From positions 18,848,001 to 18,912,000 of the forward strand of contig NW_024704754.1 in the NCBI RefSeq assembly GCF_018977255.1: a DNA stretch of 64,000 bases, written 5' to 3'. The notes under the pieces are model-generated. The model was given only the letters and a program-made list of their open reading frames with translations. It was not told the origin of the DNA and did not search any database. The position numbers and the translations under genes were made by a program. Positions 11,146 through 23,282 of the stretch are shown piece by piece; within the stretch, counting starts at the first letter, position 1, and each line of letters starts with the position of its first letter. This DNA is from Callorhinchus milii (taxonomy: Eukaryota).

Positions 11146-14100
11146 CGGCACGGAGAGGCACACGACACACCGAGCATCGGCCTCCCGCGTGGACAGGTGC
11201 GGGCGGAGCTGGGATCGTGTGGGGGGAGAAATCTCCAGGGTCTCTTTCCTCCTCCCATTCCCGATCTGAGTGCAGGTATTCCTGCCCCCCTTCCCGCTGC
11301 CTGGCCCAGTGCCACCGAGGACTGTCTCTGCCCCAAGATGGAGTGAGTGCGGTGTGACACCTGCCTCTCAATGTCACGCGCGGTGTTTTGTCAGAGAATA
11401 AAGTTTAAGGTCTTGTTTTTGATACTGAGCCCCTGGGATTTGGCTGCTGACGACCGTAACACTCCCCCCCCCCCCCCCCACCCCGCTCTGACTGGGTTCC
11501 TTAAGGGGATCACACACTGGTTACCGCGAGTGTAAAGAAACGATTAGTTTTGTGTTGATGCTGCACAGAAAGCACCTCCAGATAAAACTGTCGAGTGAGC
11601 GAGTGATCGGAACTTTTTTTTTATATATTGAAATCATTAAAGAGTCTGAAGTTGCCCCGAGTTGCCCTGTTATATTTTCTCCCGGCGGCTGATAACACAG
11701 CCGAGAGGGTGCGAGACACGCAGCGAGTGAGGCCTCGGGGTTGTGTCCTGCACAGAAAGCTGCCTGTGTGTGGGCTGAAAGAGGTCTCTGTGTGAAACCG
11801 GGTTAGAGCCAAGTCCTTGTGGGCGGAGGCACAAAAAAAGGCCTGAATTCAGCGCAACATCAGCAGTGGAACCACAGGAGGAGCCTATGGCACTGTCCCC
11901 GCATCACAACATCAGTGAGTTTTATTACCCGTTCAACCTCTCGCCCCACAAAGGTGACAGAGCGGCTGCTGTGGGTGAGGTGGGAGACACTGAACTGGTC
12001 ATCACTGGCGGTCATCTTCTCAGGGGCTGCCTCACCGCCTGTGAGCACCAGCTGGCAGCAACGCTCCATTGAGCTGCAGCCAGTAATAAGCCTTGCATTT
12101 GATGCAGCACCTTTATCACCTCGTACAGACGTCTCGAAGCGCTTCACAGGATATGCTGTAAAATGCAGTGACTGTGTATTTCGTGGGCAAACCGCGGCAC
12201 CCAAAGGCGCACAGCGGGGTCCCACAAATAGTCGTGGAGCGAGTGACCAATTTGGGGATTGTCGGCCAGGACATTCTGGCCAGGACAAGCTGGCGCTACA
12301 TTGGAGCGTCAGCTTACACTGTGTGGGGGCCTGAACCCACAACCTCGACTCGGGGCTTGAGAGTGTTGGGCTCTGCCGAGTAGATCAATTTAAGAATGTT
12401 ATCAATTGGATAGATTGAGTTTGAGAAGATCACTTTACTTGGTGGCAGTGGAGAGTGCAGAGCAATGAGTGACCGCTGTGGGTCTGACTCGCACTCCCTC
12501 CCTGACTGCCCTGGTCCTCGTGTCTGAGCGGATTCGCTCCCATTCACTCTGAGCCCATTATAAACATCTATTTTCTGTCTGTTAATTAGACGGTTTCAGT
12601 GAACGCCAGCACTGTGTGGGGCGCTCAGTATGTCAATCGTCTCTGGTCTGTGAGAATTGCCCAAAAAAGACTCCTCGTCCCTTTAATCTCATCAGTCTCC
12701 CCGCCCGTCTACCCCATTCTCCCCTCCCAGTGTCAGGCCGTTTCTTAAATGACGTGCCAGCCAAAGTCACTCTGTCCAGCAACTCGGTGATGCCCCAATG
12801 TCATTTGAGAGGAGAAATTAAAGAGGACAAGAATAGAGCCGGGAATGGGGTTAGAGCAGAGAGCTCCAGTGGGGGAGCGAGCCCCAGCACAGGCACGAAG
12901 GGGGGAGTGAGCTGATCCTGTGCTGAGATCCATGACTTTGTGAGTCTGTCTGGGCTGAACACTTGCAGACAGGAGGCCTGATGACACGAAGAAAGAGAGA
13001 GAGTGAGAGATTCTGGCAGTGGGTGAGGAATGCTGACACTGTATAAATAGCACAGGGGGGAGGGAGGAGGGGGCAGAACCACCATTGCAGAGATTCCATC
13101 CGCCTCCACATTAAATCCCAGCTTTACTCTCGGGAACACTGAGCCGAACCGGAGTTGATCACCGTAAACCCACAGGAACCTCAGCTCAGCCGCTAACGGG
13201 TAAGAGCGTTAAACCACATTCTGCCTTCATCTCAAAAGTATTTTTCTCCTCTTGCTAATGTCATCTTTTCCCTTTGCCCTTGGCTTCCCCCCAACACCCC
13301 CCCCCAACCCCTCAACCCGCCCCACGTGAGGCAACGTGTCGAGCGATTGCCAGGATGGTGGAAGGTGAACTGGATGGACCTTGGCCTTCTATCTTCCAGC
13401 AAATTCTTATGTCGTTATGAGGCTGCTCAGTGAGCGAGGGCTGGGGGGGGGGGGGGAAAGATCTGGGGAATCGTGGCCTTCGATCCCGGTCTCTCGTGGT
13501 CCAGGGGGCCGGGAGGAGTCTGGGGGAGGAGGAGGTAGGGGTCTTGGGAGGGTAGAGGGAGAGAGTGGGCAGCGCTCTCGCCCAGCGGTACTGAGGCTGA
13601 TTGTAACCTTGCTGCCGTCTGTAAATCAAAATGCACTCCACCCCCCTCGAGTGTGTCGGGGGATTGAGGATAGGATCCCGACTGTGATCATTGCCCCCGA
13701 TTCTCTGCTGACTGACGCTCACAGTCTGGGGTCGATCACACAGGGCGAGTGTTTGAGAATGGGGAGCCAGCAGCAGTTAAAAGTGACAGACGGACGGACA
13801 GACGGACAGACAGCTGGAGCGAGAGGACTGTGTGTCCGTGCGTCTGTGTGTCAGTCACTCACTGAAATTGTTCCTTTCCAATTGGGAATTCTTCCAATAA
13901 GGAATACTTTTACAAAGCCCTGTGGCCCCGCGGAAGCGCGCTCCGGAAATGGATCAGGTCGGAGAGGAGTTCCTGCGGGTTGGAGTGACCAAATCTTCCC
14001 CCACCCACCCTGTGTGTGTGTGTGAGTGTGAATGTGTGTGTGTGTGTCTGTGTGTGTGAGTGTGTCTGTGAGTTTGATGGATGGAGAGACTAAAAAAGAG

Positions 14101-14199
14101 CCACTTTCCCGATGGCTCAGAGAGAACCGCTCCGGAGCCAAATCAGGAAAAACAGTTTGGAAGTTGGAAGGAAAGTTGAAGCAAAACTTTTTGCAAATT

Positions 14200-14543
14200 T
14201 AATTAATATCATCATCCGGAGAGGGGGCGTGACGTCAGGGCTATGGTTTACTGGGGCTGTGGGAGGCAAAGGGAGGAGAGGGGGGAGAGGGAGGAGGGAG
14301 GGAGGAGAGAGGGGGGAGGGAGGAGAGAGGAGAGGGAGGGTGGAGAGGGAGGAGAGACTGAGAGAGAGAGGGAGGAGAGAGGAGAGGAGGAGAGGGAGAG
14401 AGACTGAGAGAGAGTGGAGAGGAGGAGAGAGGAGAGGACCAGGGACAGAGGCTGAGCCACACACGGACTGAGACAGCGAAGGAGCAGAGACTGAACCTGA
14501 CACAGGGACCAAAACCTCAGAGACAGAGACTGAGTCACACACT
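14200..14543 (+). promoter_or_regulatory. Probable ANXA6 promoter and non-coding first exon
   Basis: GC box-like ggggcg overlapping a palindromic CRE (TGACGTCA, 14230-14237), a long GA-rich tract at 14270-14440, AP-1 TGAGTCA at 14531-14537 and a donor cact|GTGAGT at 14543/14544. The next exon carries the ANXA6 ATG, consistent with the non-coding exon 1 of mammalian ANXA6. Confidence 0.5.
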
Positions 14544-14689
14544 GTGAGTGTAATCCTCACATCACTTATTTTGTTGTGAGTATATTCCACGACACCGATT
14601 TTATTTTTATATCTAATAATCTATCGTTCGTTTTATTGGACGAACCGTTCAGTATTTCTTCTCGTTCGGTGCTCAGCCCCGGAGTCCCC

Positions 14690-14910
14690 CCCCGCCCATC
14701 CCCATCCCCAGCCCCCCATCCCCAGCCCCTATCCCCATCCCCCCATCCCCAGCCCCCATCCCCATCCCCACCCCCCCCAGCCCCCATCCCCAGCCCACCC
14801 CCCCCATCCCCAGCCCAGCCCCCCCCATCCCCAGCCCCCCCCCATCCCCACCCCCCCAGCCCCCCATCCCCAGCCCCCCCCCCAGCCCCCCCCCCCCCCC
14901 CCCCAGCCCG
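14690..14910. repeat. C-rich (CCCCAT/CCCCAGC)n low-complexity tract; G-quadruplex potential on the minus strand
   Basis: Directly visible tandem C-runs. Confidence 0.8.
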
Positions 14911-16334
14911 AGGCGCAGCTCCAAACCTATTAGTATTGCATTCAAATTAATGTGTTTGTGTGTCATTCATTCATTCAAATTAATTGACCCTCTATCTGTG
15001 TACNNNNNNNNNNNNNNNNNNNNNNNNNNNNNNNNNNNNNNNNNNNNNNNNNNNNNNNNNNNNNNNNNNNNNNNNNNNNNNNNNNNNNNNNNNNNNNNNN
15101 NNNNNNNNNNNNNNNNNNNNNNNNNNNNNNNNNTTTTGTGGGGTTTCGAAGCTGCTTTGGAATTTGATTTATTCCAAGTTCTCTGACCTGACGTATCAAT
15201 CCTCACATTTTGTGAAGGCGGCGAAAAAAAACGATTTTGTAAAAGACAAATGTAAAAACCCGATTCAAAAAAACGTTTTTTTTCTGTCAATACAACGACA
15301 AAAAACTTTTTTTTGTAATTGTAAAGTTTTTTTCCTTAAAAAAAGGCTGAGTTTGCGATATTCACTCTCTCCCCTCGGTGTGGGCGGTGTGGGGTGGGGT
15401 GGGGGGAGATGCTGTCTGACCCTTTATTGCCTCCCCCCCACCATCACCCCACACTGAAGCCCTGAGCAATGTGGGCTTATGTGAGCAACAATAATAATAA
15501 TAATCCTTCCATTTGACACAGCGCCTTATCACGCCGTCGAGATGTCTCAAAGCGCTTCTCAGGATATACTGTAAAGTGTAGTGACTGTATTTTGTGGGGA
15601 GGGGCAGGATTCTCTGGGTACCTTTATCCCTATTCTACCTCCCCCCCCACCCACCCACCACACTGAGAACCTGTTGTTGGTGGGTGGGTGATGTCTGGGG
15701 ATTTGCCTGTGGGGTAGTGGTGTGGGGGTGGAGAGGGGGAATTTCAATAGCAGTCGGGTGCGGGAGCCTGCGATTCAAAACACTGTCTTGCGAGAAGGTT
15801 GAAGGTATCAATACAAGTTGTTCTGTCTCCCTCCCTGCCCCGCCTTGACTGAGCCCAGAGTCAATGTTGCCAAGTGTAGTGACTGTTAGTTACTAAGCTG
15901 TGTCGCCTCACTGCTGTGAGGTTTGCTGAAAACGCAGCGAATTGTCTTAAACACCCCTCCATCATCCTATTGACAGCCGGGCAGATAATGCGATCGATTG
16001 ATCATCATTGCCGCATTTCATTCTGCATCCCACCTGCATTGGTGCTGCATTGGCGCTGCATTGGCGCAGGAACAGCCCCGTTGGATGCTGCAGTTTAGCA
16101 ACTGCTGCACGTTGGGTTATAATGAAATGCACAGGAGATGTCAGTCTCCCTCTCGAGGCGGATGTTAAAGATCTTGCTTTGTGACTGGAAAAGAGAAGGG
16201 AGTCTCTCTCTCTCTCTCACCCGCCCGGTGTCCAGGCCGACAAACCCACAGATTCATCAATAATTCACTCTGACCTTGTGGCAAATTGGCTGCCAAATCT
16301 GCTTACACACACGCACGCACACACACACAAATAA

Positions 16335-16374
<40 letters not shown>

Positions 16375-17183
16375 GCACGCACGAGCACACACATGTACAC
16401 AGTCACTAACAGTCACTAACAATTGACAGTGATTCCCTGTGGAGCGCTTAGCGATGTCTCAGTGTTAAAGACACTGCTTGCTGGTGCTCGCTCCGCCACT
16501 GGAGCGCTCTACTCTAATCCCATTACCTGCGCTCTCCCCAGGGTGTCCAGCTACTCTGCCATCACCCTCTGGAACTTCACCCCACAGTCCCTCCAACCCG
16601 CCCCCTCCCTTGCCTCCTTCTAGACCCATCTCAAGACCCTCCTCTTCAACCGTGCCTTAGATCACCCTCCAGCTTTCCCAATCCCGACCCCCCCATCTCG
16701 GGTCTGAAACACTGACTGTTCAGCGCCTCGGGATGTCCTCCCGCCGTGAAAGGCGCTTTACGCGTCATTTTGTTGTTGTTATTGTTGTTTGCTTCCCCCA
16801 CTGGAGCTCTCAACTCTAATCCCAGCAACATGCTGTCTGTGTATCTTTGATATGGTTTGTCAGTCACTAATCCGATTCCTGTTAACGATGACATTCTGGG
16901 TTGAGATACACCAGACCCTTGTGCTATAACCTGCCCCTGGCTGGCGGGGGTGGGGGCGAAATTAGATATTGAAGGATAAAGTACCGTTTAATGAGCAGTG
17001 GGAATATCAGTGTGATGTGAGCCCAGGCATTGCTCTGGTGATCTCCCCCCCCCACCGCCCCCACCCCAGGCGTTCTCACTCACAGCCTTTATGAAGCTGC
17101 GTAAATAATTCAAACGCTTTATTTTACTTTTCCGGCAGATTGTTCCCACTCACAGTACAATCCCTTCTCCATTCCGGTGAAAG

Positions 17184-20100
17184 ATGTCGGCCAAAGGCAA
17201 GGTAAGCGACCAGAGAGTGTGAGAGCGGCCCTGGTGTGAAAGGCCAGCGACCCCCCCACCCTCCCTCCCCCATTGCCCACTCCCCCCAGGCATCACTCAA
17301 CAACCAATTACATCTGTATAGCGCTTACCATCTCAAGAGGACGTCCAAAAGCGCTCTCTCCCTTTCCTCCCCGCTTGCTGCCGCATTCCTTCTAGAATTT
17401 GCTGACACAATCTGCCTACTCTCCCCCACCGCCACCCCCCCACCCCGAGTGCAGCCTGGATCACAAATTGGAGGGTGGGGAGTGGTGGGTGTGGGGTTGT
17501 GGAAGCCACAATTTCTGGGCAGCAGATGACTGACTCTTGCCAGGCTGGTCTGCTGCCCTCCCCCACCTCGCTCGCTCCTCAATGGGCTACTCCCCCATCG
17601 ACCACCACCACCACACAAGGGTGAGCAGTATCTCCCCCTCTTCCCCCCACCACCCAACAGCCTGACTCTGTGCATAACATGGAGATGACTTGCAGAGTGT
17701 TTGGATCAGGACTGTGTTTAGATTTCGGGGTGTGTAAATCTCTTCAACCCAACCTAATATGGCTCATTTTATACTGTTCGAAACCCAGCTCGTCTGCTAA
17801 TTGTCACTGCTGGCGGAGCTGACTCATGGTGGGGAGGGTACCATAGTAGTGTGTCTGTGTGTGTGTGTCTGTCTATGTGTGTCTGGGTGTCCATGTGTCT
17901 GTGTGTGTGTATGTGCATCTGTGTGTGGGGTGTGTGTGTGTGTGTGGGGTGGCGTGGCTGAGGGAGGGGTAGCTAATAACACGGATGAGGTGTTACGGCC
18001 GTTTAAGACCCCAGCCTCCCCCCTCACCGCTGGCGGCTGTTATATATAAGGGTATGTGGGCCCGGTGAGAGGCTATTTATAACCTCAGGCAGCAGCTGCC
18101 GGGAATCAGTGTGCGGGGGGAGAGCCTGGATTACACACAGCTTCCCATAAGGAATGTCCGTAAGAAGATCTGACAGGTGCTGGGGAGGGGGGAGAGCTTT
18201 CTCTCTGTCTCAGACCCACCCACTGCACCAATCTGCCTGGCCCGTGCTGCAGTGTGTAACCTTGTGTTGTGATTAGCGTCCGAGCCCATCTTTTCCGGCT
18301 CCTCACACAGCAATGGAAAGTTTTTAGGAATACTGGAATTTTAACCTCTCCTTAAATGGATGAAGGGAATGGGGTTAGAGTAGAGAGCTCCAGTGGGCGC
18401 GAGCCCCAGCACAGACACGATGGGGAGAGAGAGAGAGACCAGGGAATGGGGTTAGAGTAGAGAGCTCCAGTGGGGGCGCGAGCCCCAGCACAGACACGAT
18501 GGGGAGAGAGAGAGAGCAGGGGATGGGGTTAGAGTAGAGAGCTCCAGTGGGGGAGCGAGCCCCAGCACAGACACGATGGGGAGAGAGAGAGAGACCAGGT
18601 AATGGGGTTAGAGTAGAGAGCTCCAGTGGGGGAGCGAGCCCCAGCACCGACACGATGGGGAAGAGAGAAAGAGAGCAGGGAATGGGGTTAGAGAGCTCTG
18701 GATTCCCGGGATCCTGGGAGTCTGTAACTGTGTGTAAATCCTCTCACAGGGAGCAAGGCCTGGATACAGAGGTTCCATTAAAGCGTTCCCGAATTTTGAC
18801 GCCAATCAGGATGCGGAGAATTTGTATCAAGCGATGAAAGGATTTGGTGAGGAATGGCCCTGTGAATGGCGGGTGTGAGCACGGAAATCCACCAACTTCC
18901 CCCGCCCGCTCTGAGCCTTAAGCACATCGTAACTGGCTGCTAAACGATAGTTAATCGCTGTCCGTTAATTAATCGCTTAAGATCTCTAGGACGCTACCCT
19001 ATGTGAGGGGGCGCTGTATAAATACAAGTTGTTGTTGCTGCCATTCCCAACAGGCAGTGACAAGGAGGCCATCTTGGAGCTGTTGACATCCAGGTCCAAC
19101 AACCAACGCCAGAAGATCCTCATCAGCTACAAGACGCTCTTCGGGAGGGTAAGCCATCACTGGGTGCCGCCTGCGGTCTCTACACCGACAGTCACTTCAT
19201 GGTGACAGGGCACGGCTTGGGGGGGGGGGGGGTGGTTGGGTTTGTGGTGCCGAGCTGTAGTTGGTGATGCCGGGCAGAGCTAAGCTCCGGAATATAGAAC
19301 AATTGGAGGGGATCTTATAGAAACCTATAAGATCATCAAAGGGCATAGAGTAGATAGTGGGAGATTGTTTCCCCCGGTCAGAGAAACTAAAACCAGGGGT
19401 CACAACCTTAAAATCAGAGACAGCCCTTTCACACTGAGTTGAGGAAGAACTTCTTCACTCAAAGGGCAGTGAATGTATGGAACTCACTACCCCAAAGGGC
19501 TGTTGACGCTCAGTCCTTGAACATATTCAAGACTGAGATACATAGATTTCTTATTGCAAAAGGGATTAAGGGATATGGGGATAAGGCGTTGGGGGGGGGG
19601 GTGATATGGGAGAGGGGGGTCGATATGGGGGTAAGGCAGGGTCAGGTTATTAGCTGGAGTTAGATTAGAAGATCAGCCACGATTGAATGGCGGGGCAGAA
19701 GCTCGGAGGGCCGAATGGCCTCCTCCTGCTCCTACATGTTATGTTACCCTCTGCCCAGCACTGGGTGACGGTGTGTCCCTCACTGACAGGACCTGATTGA
19801 TGACCTGAAGTACGAGCTGACGGGGAAGTTCGAGCGGCTGATCGTGGGGCTGATGAAGCCGCCGGCCGTGTACGACGCCAAAGAGCTGAGAGACGCCATT
19901 GAGGTAAGTTTCCCCCCTTCCCCCCTCCCCCTTAACCTCGAGACACCTCTTAACAGCCCCCTCACCCCACACCGTTACTGACTGAGGCAATGTGTCTGCA
20001 TTCCCCACCCCTGGCCTGACCTCTCCCTCTCTCACTCCCTCCCTCTCTCCCTCCCTCTCTCCCTCCCTCACTCCCTCTCTCTCGCTGTGTGACAGGGGAT

Positions 20101-23100
20101 GGGGACGGATGAGAAGTGCCTGATTGAGATCCTGGCATCCAGGACCAACAGCCAAATACACCAGCTGGTCTCCGCCTACAACGAGGGTGAGCTTCTCCGC
20201 GCTCGACAGCGGTCGCGTAGCATGTAGCGTGGGCACCGCGGTGAAAGAACCAACAACATCTCCCAGTGACTGGCCAACCGTCTGTGGGCAATCACCACAC
20301 ACCTGTCTGTCTGTCTGTCTGTCTGACCCCTCGCTGTGTGCAGGACTACTGCGCTGTTTGACCACAAAATGCACAGTCTCTACATTTCACCGTCAAACTC
20401 TTCTGAGAGATTCCCATGTGNNNNNNNNNNNNNNNNNNNNNNNNNNNNNNNNNNNNNNNNNNNNNNNNNNNNNNNNNNNNNNNNNNNNNNNNNNNNNNNN
20501 NNNNNNNNNNNNNNNNNNNNNNNNNNNNNNNNNNNNNNNNNNNNNNNNNNNNNNNNNNNAGTCGGATCTGGAGGCTGACATTGTTGCTGATACCGCGCAA
20601 CATTTCAAGAAGATGTGTGTTGTTCTGCTTCAGGTGAGGAGCGGGAAGTGGTGGGGGTGGGGAGTGGGCAGTGGTGGGCGGTGGGGTGGGGAATGGGCAG
20701 TGGTGGGCGTGGGGGTGGGGAATGGGCGTGGTGGGGGTGGGGAATGGGGTGGGGTTGGTGGGGGTGGGGAATGGGTGGTTGTGGGGGTGGGGAATGGGGT
20801 GGGGGTGGGAATGGGCGGTGGTGGGGCAGGAGGTGGGAAGGGGAAATGGGGGACCTGTTTGCGTGGCGCTGACCCTGTGTCTTGTCCACAGGGGACCCGT
20901 GAGGAAGACGATGTGGTCAGTGAGCACCAGGTGGCAGAAGATGCAAAGGTGTGTGAGTGTGAGTGTGCATGTGAGTGTGAGTGTGGGGGTGGGGGGGGGG
21001 GGGGGGGACAGGCCAGGCTGACGTCTCACTATGATTGTAGGAGCTGTTCGAGGCGGGGGAGGAGCAGTGGGGCACAGAGGAGAGCACCTTCATCACCATC
21101 CTTGGCAACCGCAGCAAACAGCACCTCCAGCTCGGTACAACCTCACCCTCACCCCCCCGCCCCCACCCCCCCATCTGTGTGTGTGTGTGTCACTGTCTGT
21201 ATGTGATTGTGTGAGTGTGTGTGAGTGGATGTGTGTTAATGTGTGCAAGTCTGTCTGTGAGAGTTTATGAGTTTGTATCTATCCATCAATGTTTGGNNNN
21301 NNNNNNNNNNNNNNNNNNNNNNNNNNNNNNNNNNNNNNNNNNNNNNNNNNNNNNNNNNNNNNNNNNNNNNNNNNNNNNNNNNNNNNNNNNNNNNNNNNNN
21401 NNNNNNNNNNNNNNNNNNNNNNNNNNNNNNNNNNNNNNNNNNNNNNNNNNNNNNNNNNNTGAAATGTCTCTGCTCTCTGTCTCAGTGTTTGATGAGTACA
21501 GTCAGATTGCTGGGAAGGACATTGAGGAGAGTCTGTGTGGGGAGCTGTCCGGGGACTTCGAGAAGCTGATGCTGGCGGTGGGTACGTATAACCCCATTCC
21601 CCGTCCCCACTCCAGGTCCAACCCCCCGCCCGCCCCCCCCTCCCGGGCTCCAACTTACGTTCCGTCTGATTCTCTTTCCACAGTGAGGTGTGTACGGAAC
21701 ACTCCGGAATATTTTGCCAAAAGACTGTACAAAGCGATGCAGGTGCGTGGGATGGGGGTGCAGGTGGGGGGGGGGTGGGGGTGCAGATGTGGGGGGTGGG
21801 GATGGGGGGGGGAGTTAAGGGGTTTAATGCTTTAATACATTTGCTGTCAGTCTCGCCCTCAGCCTGGCTCAGTCGCTGCGAGTGTCCTCTCGGGATCGGG
21901 AGGTTGTGGGTACAGCAGTTTGTTTGGGGTTTTGTTCAAATCTNNNNNNNNNNNNNNNNNNNNNNNNNNNNNNNNNNNNNNNNNNNNNNNNNNNNNNNNN
22001 NNNNNNNNNNNNNNNNNNNNNNNNNNNNNNNNNNNNNNNNNNNNNNNNNNNNNNNNNNNNNNNNNNNNNNNNNNNNNNNACCTGTGACAACACGCTGATC
22101 CGTATCATGGTGTCGCGGAGTGAGCTGGACATGCTGGATATCCGGGAGGAATTTCGCAACAAGTACGAGGAGTCTCTGTACCAGACCATCCGGGTGAGTG
22201 AGCACCAGCCGAGCGGCAGCACGGTGCGTGTGCTGTGCTAATTATCCCCCACGCTCACATCACAGCCACCGTCTCTCCTCTGCTTTCAGGGTGACACCTC
22301 CGGTGTGTACAAGAGAGCCCTTCTCAGGCTGTGCGGGGGCGATGACAAGTGAGTCTGGGGGGGCTGTGTGTGTGTGTGTGTGTTTGTCGGGGTGGGGGGG
22401 GCAGTGTGTGTTTGTCGGGGGGTGGGGGCGTGCAGTGTATGTGGGGGGGGGGTGGGGGGGGCTCACTCTGGCTGACACACGTTCTGCATGTTGCAGTGTC
22501 GCTGGTGAGTTCTTCCCGGAAGCAGCACAGTTCGCCTATCAGACATGGGAGCTCAGCGCCTCCATGCAAGTGCAGGTAGGTGTGTGTGTGTGAGCGTGTG
22601 TGTCCCTGAGCCCCCCACCACCCCCCCACCACCCACCATACCTCCGCTGCCCTGAATGCGCCCCCCGCCGTTTGACACATTGAAAACCAGCTTACGGTTC
22701 AGCGACATCTCTTCGTCTGTCTGACAGATGAAGGGGACGGTACGAGACGCTGTGGGTTTCCAGCCTGAAGTGGACGTCAAGGCTCTTCGCAAAGCCATGA
22801 AGGGGTTCGGTGAGTGGGCAGCAGTGGGGGTTGGGGGGGAGATAAAAGATATGGGGGGGAATGGTGGGGAGCGGAGAAGCGGTCACTCTGCTGTCACTCT
22901 GACTCTCTCGGGGCCTCCCACTGGTCCCAGCCACTGTTTCAGGCACAGATGAAGACACCATTATTGACATCGTGACGCGGAGGAGCAATGCCCAGCGGCA
23001 GCAGCTCAGGCAGCAATTCAAGTCCCAGCTCGGCCGGGTACGTCACCAAGGCTCTCAATAACAAGTCACATAAACTCGACAGCACGTACACCCCACACAG

Positions 23101-23248
23101 CCTCCCCTCCCCTCCCCGGGGGAACCTTCCGTTCCCCTCTGTGACATCCTGTAGCTCAGTAGTTAGAGGCCCCGGGTTTGATTCCCGGGCGGGACAGTGT
23201 GAAACCTTAGGCGAGTTTCCTTACTCCACACACACATACACACATGTG

Positions 23249-23282
<34 letters not shown>

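Noticed and set aside
11819-12342. Overlapping 171-aa and 160-aa ORFs between GEMIN5 and ANXA6
   Set aside because: The region is built largely of Deu-SINE/L2-tail sequence and shows no recognisable protein similarity.
18364-18700. Regularly spaced repeats resembling a CRISPR array
   Set aside because: Units are contiguous with no unique spacers, the context is a vertebrate intron and no cas genes are present; this is a minisatellite.
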